The notes under the pieces: model-generated | Database searches by the model: none | Told to the model about the DNA's origin: nothing | Seen by the model: the letters and a program-made list of their open reading frames with translations, nothing else | Virus record (IMG/VR): IMGVR_UViG_3300023192_002962 | Location: 21,738-85,737 of that record | Direction: 5' to 3' (one strand) | DNA from: a virus | DNA length: 64,000 nucleotides | Program-made: the position numbers and the translations under genes | Shown: positions 1 to 9,591 of the stretch, one piece after another | How the letters are laid out: each line of letters starts with the position of its first letter | Numbering within the stretch: the stretch's first letter is position 1

Positions 1-49
1 CTCACAAAAACCTATTTTCACTATTGGTGACGATGTTAGTAGAGAAAGT

Positions 50-466
50 ATGAAGCAACCTCTTACGGGGAGACTTCCTATTTTAAATACTCATGATGGT
101 CGTTTTGTAAACACTAATACTGATAAGAATCCTTCATATACGAATAGAAATCTTTCGTTTAGTAAGGAAGGTAAGATCTACGAACAGGCATTTACTCTTT
201 TATCCGCTACATCAGCTGTGTCTGTTGAGCAGTTATCTATATCACTTTCTGCTATAGATAAAAAGGATGGAAAAGTAAAGTTTTTAAAAGCATGCTATGA
301 AGTTGAAGAAAGTGGCTCAAATCCCACTATGCATCCTAGACCACAGGTAATGGAATTCTTAACTGATTCGTTATTTGAACTAGGAGAATCAGGTGGAATA
401 GGTAGAGTTACTAAAAGCAACGAAAAAATAGTAAGTGATATAAAACCTGTACGATTCGTAGTCTAA
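50..466 (+). CDS. Hypothetical protein, probably head/neck-associated
   Basis: 138-aa ORF directly upstream of the neck genes. The segment YEVEESGSNP..HPRPQVMEFLTDSL resembles the E..G.N...R..V...L motif of small phage head-region proteins (recollection, not searched). Confidence 0.5.
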   Translation: MKQPLTGRLPILNTHDGRFVNTNTDKNPSYTNRNLSFSKEGKIYEQAFTLLSATSAVSVEQLSISLSAIDKKDGKVKFLKACYEVEESGSNPTMHPRPQVMEFLTDSLFELGESGGIGRVTKSNEKIVSDIKPVRFVV

Positions 467-483
467 CATAGAAGACTAGGCTC

Positions 484-1851
484 ATGGCGTTTAACGTTAC
501 TGAAGTTATAGCCTATAATGATTCGCAGGTTGCATTCAATGGGATGAATGCTTCTGATGTACCTGTAGATCTTGTTCCTGGATTGGACATCGTATTTAAT
601 TCAGATGTTGCATCATCTTCAGTTCTTTCCTATGCTATAAGTTTATTTCAAACTCTTCCCGACGGAACTAGTACCACTCCCGTAGATATATCTTTATCAC
701 AGCCCGCAACTAATACGGTCAGGATAAATTCTAGTTCTCAATTAATCCCAAATTCCTCATATAATGTTTATATACCAAGTGGTACGTTTGGAATTACTTC
801 AAGCGAGGGAGAGGCATTATCATCTAGTTTTACATTTTCTTTTAATACAGGGACGGCTATAGTTGAGGTAGAAGACCCAGACGTAGATGTAACTCCCGAG
901 ATAGATGTAGATCTGATGGAAGAAATTCCTGAAGATTTATTTTTTGTATCAAGTTTACCAGACCCCGATAGTATCTTACAGTATGGTTCAGGCATAGTAA
1001 GTGTTAATTTTAATGGAAGATTACCTGCGGATACTGGAGTAAATATAAGCGCTATGCATCCGTTGGGGTATATATTTGAAACGGCATCATTATGGGTTAA
1101 GTATATGCAAGCACCTATTATAAGTGGTGGAGATATTCTTATATCCTCAAAAATTAATGAAGACGAATTATCTGAAGAATTTGGAACTGGTTGGGAAACA
1201 CGGTTAACTAAAATTGGAGTAGATCCGATTTCCTCAAATAGTATCCCTTATGTTAGTAAGGAGCCCGGAGAACACATTTACTTTTTAGATTTTGATGTTA
1301 ATAGAATTTTTAATGTGAGTTTTGATATTGACGTTAATGAACTTAAATCAGATTTTAATTTCATGGGATTTTTATATCCATTCTACGGAAGTACAAGGGA
1401 ATTAAGATTAGATATTGGGCCATTTGTTAATGAATATAATGATTTTACATTGGCTTTAATTATACATAGGCACAGTATAACGGCCGATCAGCTATGGCCA
1501 CATACTATGCCACTTGTAGTTCCTACAAGAGTTTCTGAATATGTGGCAGCAAGAGCTAAAAAGGATATACTAGCTACATTTTTTACATCTGGAGAACGTA
1601 TGTCTGCTTTAGGGGATTTGCGTATATCAGGAAAAGATGTATCATCCTATTTAGCGGAACAACTTCAAGCTTTGGATTTAAGGATAGTAGCTCTGGAAAG
1701 TGCTATTAGTAAAGGAGATCACAGTACAAGTCCATATACTTACTATAGTCATAAAAGCTTACCTGTGTCGACTACCAGTGCTGCTTTTGGAGCCGATAAT
1801 GGGACTGATTTTAGCTCTAGACCATTGGGTAGATCTCTTGAGGGTAAATAG
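484..1851 (+). CDS. Head-to-tail adaptor (neck) protein with an N-terminal bacterial Ig-like (SbsA/Big_5-type) domain
   Basis: The first ~125 aa fit an Ig-like pattern (DIVFNSDV...TVRINSSSQLIPNSSYNVYIPSG...GEALSSSFTFSFNTG). The C-terminus is helical and adaptor-like (YPFYGSTRELRLDIGPF...VSEYVAARAKKDIL). The gene sits before closure, terminator and sheath genes. Confidence 0.6.
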   Translation: MAFNVTEVIAYNDSQVAFNGMNASDVPVDLVPGLDIVFNSDVASSSVLSYAISLFQTLPDGTSTTPVDISLSQPATNTVRINSSSQLIPNSSYNVYIPSGTFGITSSEGEALSSSFTFSFNTGTAIVEVEDPDVDVTPEIDVDLMEEIPEDLFFVSSLPDPDSILQYGSGIVSVNFNGRLPADTGVNISAMHPLGYIFETASLWVKYMQAPIISGGDILISSKINEDELSEEFGTGWETRLTKIGVDPISSNSIPYVSKEPGEHIYFLDFDVNRIFNVSFDIDVNELKSDFNFMGFLYPFYGSTRELRLDIGPFVNEYNDFTLALIIHRHSITADQLWPHTMPLVVPTRVSEYVAARAKKDILATFFTSGERMSALGDLRISGKDVSSYLAEQLQALDLRIVALESAISKGDHSTSPYTYYSHKSLPVSTTSAAFGADNGTDFSSRPLGRSLEGK

Positions 1852-1853
1852 CC

Positions 1854-2321
1854 ATGGGATTGTCTTTATGGAAAGGCGCAAATGACGATACCTCTGCGGA
1901 GAAGTTAACGTTTAAAAGGATACTTGGTAAATATGGCCATAATGTTCTGTACAGGAGATATGATGTAGGAAATCCTAGTGCGTTTTTTGATGAAACCACT
2001 GGCCAGGGAAAGGGAGGACCTTCTTGGGACTATTATGATGAAGTTATAAAAATTAGACATGATCCAATGAGCATAAGAGGAGCTGTTGGTATTACAATAC
2101 AAAAGTCAAAAATATATGTTGAGGCTCACGTTAAACCAAAAAGATCGGATGTAATAATAGAGTTGGATTATGATTTAAAACCTGATGAGAAACCATATGA
2201 AATTTATCATATGACTCACAGAGAAGCTTTTGAAATTGATGAAATTGATGTTAAAAGAGGAATAAGTGGAAAGATAATTTATTACTTGTGTTCGGTTATA
2301 CCTCACTTAGGGGATTATTAA
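1854..2321 (+). CDS. Head-closure (stopper) protein, putative
   Basis: 155 aa. The pattern FKRILGKYGHNVLYRRY...GGPSWDYYDEVIKIR and a beta-rich C-terminus fit this class. Located between adaptor and terminator. Confidence 0.55.
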   Translation: MGLSLWKGANDDTSAEKLTFKRILGKYGHNVLYRRYDVGNPSAFFDETTGQGKGGPSWDYYDEVIKIRHDPMSIRGAVGITIQKSKIYVEAHVKPKRSDVIIELDYDLKPDEKPYEIYHMTHREAFEIDEIDVKRGISGKIIYYLCSVIPHLGDY

Positions 2322-2322
2322 A

Positions 2323-3003
2323 ATGGCACATAATAAACTACCTCCTACTGATATTCCTAATCAAAACACAATTGACATAACTTTGTATAACGATGGTGTA
2401 AAAGGTGTGCAAATGCCTTTGACCATAAACGGGATCGATATAGTTGGAAATTCTAGTCCGTTAGCATATCTAGAAAGACTAAAAAAAGCGTTACATTTAT
2501 TAAAAGAGGACGTTGAATTCGATGCTGCTTACCCAGAGTGGGTTATAAACAAAGAAACTACCATGAAAGTTGAAAACGGAATCGTATGGTCAATAAACCA
2601 AATGTTGCCAGTAAACTTGGATGGTAAGGCGAGAAGAAATCCCGAAACAGGGACAAGAGAGGTAAAACCTCGACTTAGGAAGGATATAACACTTGACGAT
2701 GGAACGGCTTTACGCATATATGGACAAAAATTTACAGTATATTTTAGATTTGATATTTTTGCAAAATCTCCAGGTGGAGCAGAAGACTTGATTGACTGGT
2801 TTCAATTTGGATTTATGGATCACTTTGGGGGCTTGTTTGGGTCCCATAGAACAGTTTTTAATCAAAGATATAAAGATCGAGAAGTAGAAAAACTTAATCA
2901 GGATCTAGCAGTTAGAAGTTTAGAGTATATAGTAGATTTAGAACGATATACAGCAGTTCCAACTAGTTTAGTAGATTCGATAAGAATTAGTGTATCAATT
3001 TAA
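2323..3003 (+). CDS. Tail terminator/completion protein, putative
   Basis: 226 aa immediately before the sheath gene. FTVYFRFDIFAKSPGGAEDLIDWF...LAVRSLEYIVDLE fits a terminator-type fold pattern. Confidence 0.55.
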   Translation: MAHNKLPPTDIPNQNTIDITLYNDGVKGVQMPLTINGIDIVGNSSPLAYLERLKKALHLLKEDVEFDAAYPEWVINKETTMKVENGIVWSINQMLPVNLDGKARRNPETGTREVKPRLRKDITLDDGTALRIYGQKFTVYFRFDIFAKSPGGAEDLIDWFQFGFMDHFGGLFGSHRTVFNQRYKDREVEKLNQDLAVRSLEYIVDLERYTAVPTSLVDSIRISVSI

Positions 3004-3031
3004 TTAAAAAAATAAAAGGGAGTAATAGAAA

Positions 3032-5695
3032 ATGGCAACCCCAAAAACAACAAGACAAATTCTAGACGGTAACTTAACCCGTGCTGTACCGAGTGGGGTC
3101 TTTAATAGACGAATTCTCGTATTGGGAACATCAAAAGATGGTCCAATGTATACTCCGGTAAGTGTATCGTCTGCAGATGATGCTGCTCAAAATTTTGGAC
3201 CTTTTGGTTCTGGATCATTGACTAGGGGCATCAAAGAAGCATTTGATGGACAGATTGGTTTCTCCAAGTCTCCCGATGTATGGGGTATGAGAGTTGGTGG
3301 AATTAAAGCTAAAAGAGCATCAGGAGACTTAGATGACGCTCTAACTAATGCAGTTTTAAAAATTGAAGCTATAAATGAAGGTGATATGTATAATGATGTC
3401 AGTGTAAAATTCCAAGAAGGAAACTGCATCATATCAAATCCTAAAACAGGATTATCATCTTCCTATTCAGTAGATTTTGAGGACTGGAGTAATCCAGATG
3501 TTCAAGTGCATACATTAGACGAATTAGCAGCCAATATAGCAGCAGATTCAAATTTAAACGGTATTATATCTGCAATTGTTTATGATTATAGTGTGAATTT
3601 TGAAGTTCAATTAGATTCTACATCTGCCGCAGTAACTAACGCAGAAGCAGGAGAAACTAAAATAAATCTTGGCTTATTAGTGGATGGCGATGTTGTAGAC
3701 GGAAACTTATACCTCTCAGCTAATGCCAACGGCAATACTGCTTGGAACGGCGCCGCCGCTTTGGGCGAAGAACAGAACCCTATAAGAGAGATTACATCAG
3801 TTTATAGTATTAATGCTTCAGATAATATTGCATGCCTTAAAGGCAATTCGGCTGTTAAAGTAAGTGAAGGTTCAGTCGCAAAAGGAAAAGCAGATGCATT
3901 TAACTCTATTCTTAGAAACAATCTTTCAGCAAATGGTTTATTAGATAATGGAGCCACTTCTGAAGGTTATTGGAGAGTTAGAGGAGCTCAAGCGGTATTT
4001 TTAGATAACGACTTAGCTGCTATTGGAACTGAAATAACATCAATAGTAGAAGACGATGTAATTAGATTAAAACTTAATGTTGGAGCCACTTGTGTTTATG
4101 ATGGCTCTGCTGCAGGAAGCACAGGAACTGGTCAGTTAACATGGGTAGATGGTACAAAGAATATAAAAGTAACTATTGTTAATAAGAGCGATAATGAGCA
4201 ACACTCTTTTTATTTTGCAGGCGCTACAGGTGCAGGCGGAATATTTGCGGGTGGAACCACAGGAAACGGTAATATTGAGGTAGAATATACTGGTGCATCT
4301 GGAACAACAACATCAGGGTTTGTTACTCTGTCTACACATGAAGCTGATTTAATGCTTGGCTCTGGTCCATTTGAAGCTTATTTGGACTTTGATACAGAGC
4401 TTGTAGAGCTGGAGGGTAAAGAGGTACTATCAGCTGCAACTGAAGATACCCAGTATTTTGTAAGAGGAAATGAAATAGTATTTGGAGCGGCCCAGACTCA
4501 TGAGTTAGCATTCAAGTATGCTCAAGTAACTTACTATGACGAGGGTACTACCCTTGTTGTAAACGACGGACAGGCAGGAAAATTAACATTGACAGGTTCA
4601 TGTGGTCCAGGTTATGCATGTGGTGCGTTAACTGGAGCAGATGCTATTTTTGGTTTTTCTTATACATACTATCCAGGAAGCCCTACTACAGCTACAGTTG
4701 CTTTAACAGGTGGTGTTGATGGAACTAATCTTACAAGCTCAGATCTATATAACGATTTAGATGAAGCTTACACTCACCTAAATCAAGATTTCTTTGATAT
4801 ATTTACTGTGATGGGTGCTAGATTTGATACTTCAAAATCAGATTATGATTCTGTAACAGGAGTTCCTGTTATCATGAATGCTGGATTTGCAGATCAAATG
4901 AGAATATTTTTGAATAGTTTCAATGGTGAACTAATAGGAGTTATGGGTTTTGAACCTCTACAAGGTACAGGAGTAGGTGGCCGAATCCTAGCATCTGATG
5001 TTTCCAAAAGAGTTGATTATATGACAACCCCTAATATTGTGGGAGATCCTTTACGAGCAGCTAATATTCTTAATGGATTTCACCAACCATTTATGTTTGC
5101 AGTGGAAGCCGAGGTTATTATGAACTATAGAGGAAATCTTTATGGAACTGATGCAGCTGCGGTAACTAGTGGCTTACTTGCTGCAATTCCTACAGAAGAA
5201 GCAATCTATAGATTTAATCTTCCTGGAGCGCAAGGTTTAGTATGGAGATATGATTCTGTTGATGCCTCATCTGGTAAAGAACAGATTGATATATTGTCTG
5301 ATTCACGTTTACCGGTAGGAATAGTAAGTGGTACAAATATTAAGTTATCTGAGTCTAGGTCAATGGGTAGATCTGGATCAGATTTTGAGAATATAATGAC
5401 TGTTCTTATTCTGCAAGAAGTTTTACAAATATGTAGAGATGTAGCTAGGGATTATATAGGAAAGGTAAGTAGTGCACAACTGCTTCAAGCTTTCCAGAGT
5501 CAACTTGATAGAACTATAGGCGATACCATGGTGCCACGAGCTTTAAGAGGATTTAAGGCTCCAGTAGAAATGACACCAGGTGAAAGAGTAGTAGGTAAGT
5601 TAACTATTCCTCTGACCCTTAGTCCTCAGTTTGAACTTCGTGATGTACATTACATAGTTCAGCTAACAGCTGATGAAATTACTGCTTCAGCATAG
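3032..5695 (+). CDS. Tail sheath protein with large internal insertion
   Basis: N-terminal ILVLGTSKDGPMYTPVSVSSADDAAQNFG, central ALTGGVDG and C-terminal ENIMTVLILQEV...VGKVSS...LTIPLTLSPQFELRDVHYIVQL are sheath hallmarks. It has a GGGAG SD and is followed by the tube gene. Confidence 0.92.
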   Translation: MATPKTTRQILDGNLTRAVPSGVFNRRILVLGTSKDGPMYTPVSVSSADDAAQNFGPFGSGSLTRGIKEAFDGQIGFSKSPDVWGMRVGGIKAKRASGDLDDALTNAVLKIEAINEGDMYNDVSVKFQEGNCIISNPKTGLSSSYSVDFEDWSNPDVQVHTLDELAANIAADSNLNGIISAIVYDYSVNFEVQLDSTSAAVTNAEAGETKINLGLLVDGDVVDGNLYLSANANGNTAWNGAAALGEEQNPIREITSVYSINASDNIACLKGNSAVKVSEGSVAKGKADAFNSILRNNLSANGLLDNGATSEGYWRVRGAQAVFLDNDLAAIGTEITSIVEDDVIRLKLNVGATCVYDGSAAGSTGTGQLTWVDGTKNIKVTIVNKSDNEQHSFYFAGATGAGGIFAGGTTGNGNIEVEYTGASGTTTSGFVTLSTHEADLMLGSGPFEAYLDFDTELVELEGKEVLSAATEDTQYFVRGNEIVFGAAQTHELAFKYAQVTYYDEGTTLVVNDGQAGKLTLTGSCGPGYACGALTGADAIFGFSYTYYPGSPTTATVALTGGVDGTNLTSSDLYNDLDEAYTHLNQDFFDIFTVMGARFDTSKSDYDSVTGVPVIMNAGFADQMRIFLNSFNGELIGVMGFEPLQGTGVGGRILASDVSKRVDYMTTPNIVGDPLRAANILNGFHQPFMFAVEAEVIMNYRGNLYGTDAAAVTSGLLAAIPTEEAIYRFNLPGAQGLVWRYDSVDASSGKEQIDILSDSRLPVGIVSGTNIKLSESRSMGRSGSDFENIMTVLILQEVLQICRDVARDYIGKVSSAQLLQAFQSQLDRTIGDTMVPRALRGFKAPVEMTPGERVVGKLTIPLTLSPQFELRDVHYIVQLTADEITASA

Positions 5696-5723
5696 ATAGA
5701 CTAATAATCTAATATATAAAATT

Positions 5724-5755
5724 AAAGGGGTCAGTTTTGGCCCCTTTTCTATTTT
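5724..5755 (+). terminator. Intrinsic terminator after the sheath gene
   Basis: Stem AAAGGGGTCA / TGGCCCCTTT (one G-U pair) with loop GTTT, followed by TCTATTTTT. Confidence 0.75.
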
Positions 5756-5833
5756 TATATGACATATCTTTATTGTAACAAAGTACTAAGATTACCAGGA
5801 GTAACTCCCTAACTTTATTTAGGAGATAGTTCA

Positions 5834-6439
5834 ATGCCTTTTCAAGCAAACGAAACTGATTCAGGATTAATTTCTACTTTTTCAGGTTCAGATATTAAAT
5901 GTGTTTTTGGTAATATTGAAATAGGAAACCTTCAAGGTATATCCTGGTCAACCAATCGGGAAGTTCGTCCTATATTTGTGTGCGGCGATCCTAATGCCCT
6001 TTCTTATTCTAAGAATAAACGAGGACATGCAGGTTCAATCGTACTTACAGTATTTGATAGAGCTGCCTTGAGGGATATTCAAGACGTTGCACGCGTTTAT
6101 CGAAAAGATCAAGGGTTCGTTCCCGGAACATCAGCTAGAATAGTAGAGGCTCAAAATCCATTTGAGGCTAATTATAGACAGGCTGTATATGCGGACGAAA
6201 TTCCTCCATTTGATTCCACTTTGTATGGAATGAATGAGTTCGGAAGACAAATGGCTATGCGAATATATGATATGACAATAATCTCAGAAGGTGCCGGTGT
6301 ATCAATTGATGACGGTATCCAAGAGGCTCAGTTCACCTATGTAGCTCGGCATATAGATGCCTGGCGATCATTGACTAGCGAGAGCGGTGCACAAGATGTT
6401 ATTGATATATCAAATATATTTGATACTTTTGGCACCTAA
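5834..6439 (+). CDS. Tail tube protein
   Basis: TFSGSDIKCVFG..IGNLQGISWSTNREVRPIFVCG...SYSKNKRGHAGSIVLTVFDR...IPPFD..L...NEFG...GVSIDD....QFTYVAR is a typical large-myovirus tube pattern. It follows the sheath and has a strong AGGAG SD. Confidence 0.88.
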   Translation: MPFQANETDSGLISTFSGSDIKCVFGNIEIGNLQGISWSTNREVRPIFVCGDPNALSYSKNKRGHAGSIVLTVFDRAALRDIQDVARVYRKDQGFVPGTSARIVEAQNPFEANYRQAVYADEIPPFDSTLYGMNEFGRQMAMRIYDMTIISEGAGVSIDDGIQEAQFTYVARHIDAWRSLTSESGAQDVIDISNIFDTFGT

Positions 6440-6471
6440 CACACAACAGTAAATAGCGAGGTAAATAGCTG

Positions 6472-7851
6472 GTGGCGGATACACGAGACATTAGAAGGGA
6501 CGGATTATTCTCCACCAGCTATTTACCGGATAATTTAGGATCGGGTAAACATACCGGTAGGATCGACCCAGAAACTAATGTTGCTCACCCAGTATCCCCT
6601 AATACTAAGGTTGCTTATTCAGGGGCAGATATATTTGCCTTTATAACTTCCTATGGTATTAACATAGCCCAGAATAGCCCTCTCATACCCCTTAAAAATC
6701 TTCTTGCTATGAGTTATTCTGTTCATAGAGAAAAAATGCCAGTCAGAAGACTAGGCTCCGAGGTGGCCCACGATTACACTCTAGGAACCAAGACTATAGC
6801 AGGCTCATTAGTATTACTTAATTTTGATAGAACAGCTTTATCTGAACTTATACTAGGTAGTGATATATATGGAGACAGTACTATTGTATCTACTTATGAC
6901 GATATTCCACCTTTTGATATAACTCTTATGTTTCAAGAGGAGATACAAGGGAGCTATGGAACCACATTTAGTAAAGAAAAAACAGCAGGTAATAATAGAG
7001 TCTCTCATGGAGAAAATGTACAGTATTCTGTTCTTAAAATAAATGGAATAAGACTTGTGGATGAAGGAATGGTTGTAGGAACTGATGAAGCATATTTAGA
7101 AACTACGTTTCAGTATGTTGCTGAGAGTGTTGAGCCCTTAGATCCTGTAGTTATAAATACTAGAAATATTCAGTTAGCTGGACAAATTTTGGACGCAGAC
7201 CAATTGGGAACGGTAGACGGTATATGGTATAAAGGAAAGGATAAATTTACATATGTTATAGAGGAACTCCCACCTATTGCAGATCTTCCCAGAATAAATC
7301 CACATGATGGTATACAACGAGGCGGGCTTAATCTGCTTACAGCGACTGATGATCTGGCATTAATAACATCTGGAGCACCAGCTTCTTGGATAAATATGCC
7401 AGAGCTTCCAATTGTTCCCATAGTATTTAACCTTGCAGATAACACAAGTCAGTTTGATTGGAAAAACGGAGGGATAGATCTTAGTTCATTTGGATCTGTT
7501 TTAACCCAGGGTGCTACCTATGGCTGGGAAGGATCAGCTTCTGGGAAATGGCCCATTAAGCCTATGGATCATCATTATATAGGTAAGGTTGTTTTCCCAG
7601 TAACACCTGACGAAGCTCAAGAATTGTTTGATTCGGGAAATGGAAGTCTAGTAGACGAAAAGTTAATTTTTATACCAAGAACAGTCGATACCCAGGATTC
7701 ATCTAAAGATGCTGAGAGTCGAGCTGAACAAAAGAATAATACTCTAGATATGTGTAGAACTTACTTTGCAAGTAAATGTTTAGCAGCGTTCGACGCAACG
7801 GGTAAAATATTTAGTCATTGTGTTGATCCTGATCGAATAGTGGATACATAA
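6472..7851 (+). CDS. Tube-fold baseplate/tube-initiator protein with a ~230-aa C-terminal extension
   Basis: YSGADI...LLAMSYSVHREKMPVRRLG...GTKTIAGSLVLLNFDR...IPPFDITL aligns by eye with the tube protein. GTG start with GAGGT SD. Confidence 0.78.
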   Translation: MADTRDIRRDGLFSTSYLPDNLGSGKHTGRIDPETNVAHPVSPNTKVAYSGADIFAFITSYGINIAQNSPLIPLKNLLAMSYSVHREKMPVRRLGSEVAHDYTLGTKTIAGSLVLLNFDRTALSELILGSDIYGDSTIVSTYDDIPPFDITLMFQEEIQGSYGTTFSKEKTAGNNRVSHGENVQYSVLKINGIRLVDEGMVVGTDEAYLETTFQYVAESVEPLDPVVINTRNIQLAGQILDADQLGTVDGIWYKGKDKFTYVIEELPPIADLPRINPHDGIQRGGLNLLTATDDLALITSGAPASWINMPELPIVPIVFNLADNTSQFDWKNGGIDLSSFGSVLTQGATYGWEGSASGKWPIKPMDHHYIGKVVFPVTPDEAQELFDSGNGSLVDEKLIFIPRTVDTQDSSKDAESRAEQKNNTLDMCRTYFASKCLAAFDATGKIFSHCVDPDRIVDT

Positions 7852-7852
7852 A

Positions 7853-8575
7853 ATGCCTGCCAATGACTATTCTATTCAGCCTACGTCTGGTTCATATGTA
7901 AGTGGACTAGAAGCTGCTGTGTATATTACATCTAGTGATCCTACTATTCATCAAAGTATTACTAACCGTAAACTTGATATAATTACTTTGGAATTTACTG
8001 AGACACAAGAAAAACTGCCAATTTATGGCTATAAGTCAGAAGAGTGGGATACGGTGCTTAGAGGGGAAAAGCTAGTACAAGGTACTTTTTCTTTAAATAT
8101 GAAATCTGCTCTTCAATTGACAAAGAACCTTGGTGGAACTGTATACTCTAGAGTTCAAGATTCTATAACTAATTTACCTCTGGCTAGACATGCTGATGCT
8201 AAGGGTTTTGATTATTGGTATGGCTCTGAAAGCACAGAGTACACTGATCTTTTTGGAAACTTAGTTTTACGAGATAGACCTGTGTTTACACAACGAAAAC
8301 AAATACCAAAAATATCATTTGATATTAAACTAGTATATTCATCAATAAAAATGAAATTGTTTTCTATGGATTTTTCCAATCCCGATGAAGAGGACATAGT
8401 AAATAAGTACATGCCTTTTCTTTATAGTAAATCTATAACAATTAAAAATGTTATGGTGAATTCTATTCAACAGTCTATTGCTCCCGATGGGGCACCAATT
8501 GGTGAATTTTATTCCTTTATAGGCAAGAATGTAATTGAAAAAAGTGAAACTCCTAAGGTTATAAAAAGGAAGTAG
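7853..8575 (+). CDS. Tube-fold baseplate protein
   Basis: YVSGLEAAVYI...TLEFTETQEKLPIYGYKSEEWDTVLRGEKLVQGTFSLN repeats the tube signature. Confidence 0.7.
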   Translation: MPANDYSIQPTSGSYVSGLEAAVYITSSDPTIHQSITNRKLDIITLEFTETQEKLPIYGYKSEEWDTVLRGEKLVQGTFSLNMKSALQLTKNLGGTVYSRVQDSITNLPLARHADAKGFDYWYGSESTEYTDLFGNLVLRDRPVFTQRKQIPKISFDIKLVYSSIKMKLFSMDFSNPDEEDIVNKYMPFLYSKSITIKNVMVNSIQQSIAPDGAPIGEFYSFIGKNVIEKSETPKVIKRK

Positions 8576-8577
8576 AT

Positions 8578-9042
8578 ATGTATTTTTCAGGCAACGACGT
8601 AACTCTCTATATTAGTAAAGGAGGTGGTTTAAGTAAAGAGCTGTTAGATGCAGTTTCTGTGCAATTTTCTATAAATCATCCCACATCACCAGTATACTCT
8701 CATGGAGATAGACAATTTAAAACACAAATGATAGGAACAAAATTAATTCACGGATCAATTTCTTTAAATTACAAAGAAGGAACTAATCTATTAGCTTTGA
8801 CAGATAAAGGGTATTCTGAATTGTATATAATGTATGCAAAAACTGCTTATGACAATACAGTAATTAAGGGTAAAAGGTATAAAGGGGCGGGGGAGTATAC
8901 AGCAGAAACTTCCTATTGCTTAAAAGGAATAGAGATTACCGCAAGGCAACATGTTGTTACACCAAATGCTGAGAATATAGTAAACAACTACCAATTTATA
9001 GCTAGATCTTTCATTGGAAATTTATTAGAAGAAACCATGTAA
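8578..9042 (+). CDS. Tube-fold baseplate protein
   Basis: YFSGNDVTLYI...SVQFSINHPTSPVYSHGDRQF..QMIGTKLIHGSISLNY...NNYQFIAR repeats the tube signature. Confidence 0.7.
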   Translation: MYFSGNDVTLYISKGGGLSKELLDAVSVQFSINHPTSPVYSHGDRQFKTQMIGTKLIHGSISLNYKEGTNLLALTDKGYSELYIMYAKTAYDNTVIKGKRYKGAGEYTAETSYCLKGIEITARQHVVTPNAENIVNNYQFIARSFIGNLLEETM

Positions 9043-9056
9043 TTTTAAAATAAACC

Positions 9057-9128
9057 TTGCATAGCTTAATCAAATATTCGTAAATTTACATACCATAGAA
9101 ATAGTTAATTAATTATATTAATTAGGAG
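9057..9128 (+). promoter_or_regulatory. Putative sigma70-like promoter, AT-only inverted repeat and SD upstream of the first chaperone
   Basis: TTGCAT (9057-9062), an 18-nt spacer, then TAAATT (9081-9086). Inverted repeat TAATTAAT-tat-ATTAATTA at 9106-9124. AGGAG at 9124-9128. This is one of the few sizeable intergenic gaps. Confidence 0.4.
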
Positions 9129-9136
9129 AAATTCAC

Positions 9137-9505
9137 ATGACAGAAAAAATAGAAGATATGATACCAGATTCATATCCACTTGGAACAGACGGACCTTCTC
9201 AAACAGAAGTAGATTTGTTAAAGAAGAAGTATGGTAAAGTTAGAGCATGCTTTACAGGAAGTAAGGTATATATAGTTAGAATGATGAGTAGATCAGAACA
9301 CATGGTTCTTCAGAATGAGATCTTTGAGAGAACCGAAGCTAATGATCCAGACTTAGATGTTGACTTTATGATTGCAAAAGATTTTACGATGTGGCCAAAG
9401 GATATTGATTGGGATAAAGAACCAGGAGGAGCAGTACCTGTACTGTCTCAAGAAGTTTCAAAATTGTCAGGATTTGTTAAGGATAAGGAAAGTATAGAAT
9501 TGTAA
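9137..9505 (+). CDS. Tail assembly chaperone (paralogue 1)
   Basis: 122 aa with LKKKYGKV...YIVRMMSRSE...PGGAVPVLSQEVSKLSGF, located between the tube genes and the tape-measure-like gene. Strong SD. Confidence 0.72.
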   Translation: MTEKIEDMIPDSYPLGTDGPSQTEVDLLKKKYGKVRACFTGSKVYIVRMMSRSEHMVLQNEIFERTEANDPDLDVDFMIAKDFTMWPKDIDWDKEPGGAVPVLSQEVSKLSGFVKDKESIEL

Positions 9506-9538
9506 ACATCACCCGTATAGTGTGTTTCTTCCTGGTAC

Positions 9539-9573
9539 AAAAAAGGGTATGATTTTAATTCATACCCTTTTTT
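9539..9573. terminator. Perfect 14-bp hairpin, probable bidirectional intrinsic terminator
   Basis: AAAAAAGGGTATGA (9539-9552), loop TTTTAAT, TCATACCCTTTTTT (9560-9573). Confidence 0.85.
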
Positions 9574-9591
9574 ATTAGACATACCTTTTAT

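Noticed and set aside
1700-1885. Alternate-frame + strand ORF (61 aa)
   Set aside because: It overlaps two well-supported neck genes and has no motif.
6449-6469. Short direct repeat GTAAATAGC x2 before ORF 6472
   Set aside because: It is only 9 nt in AT-rich DNA and was not noticed in other intergenic gaps, so there is no support for a regulatory role.
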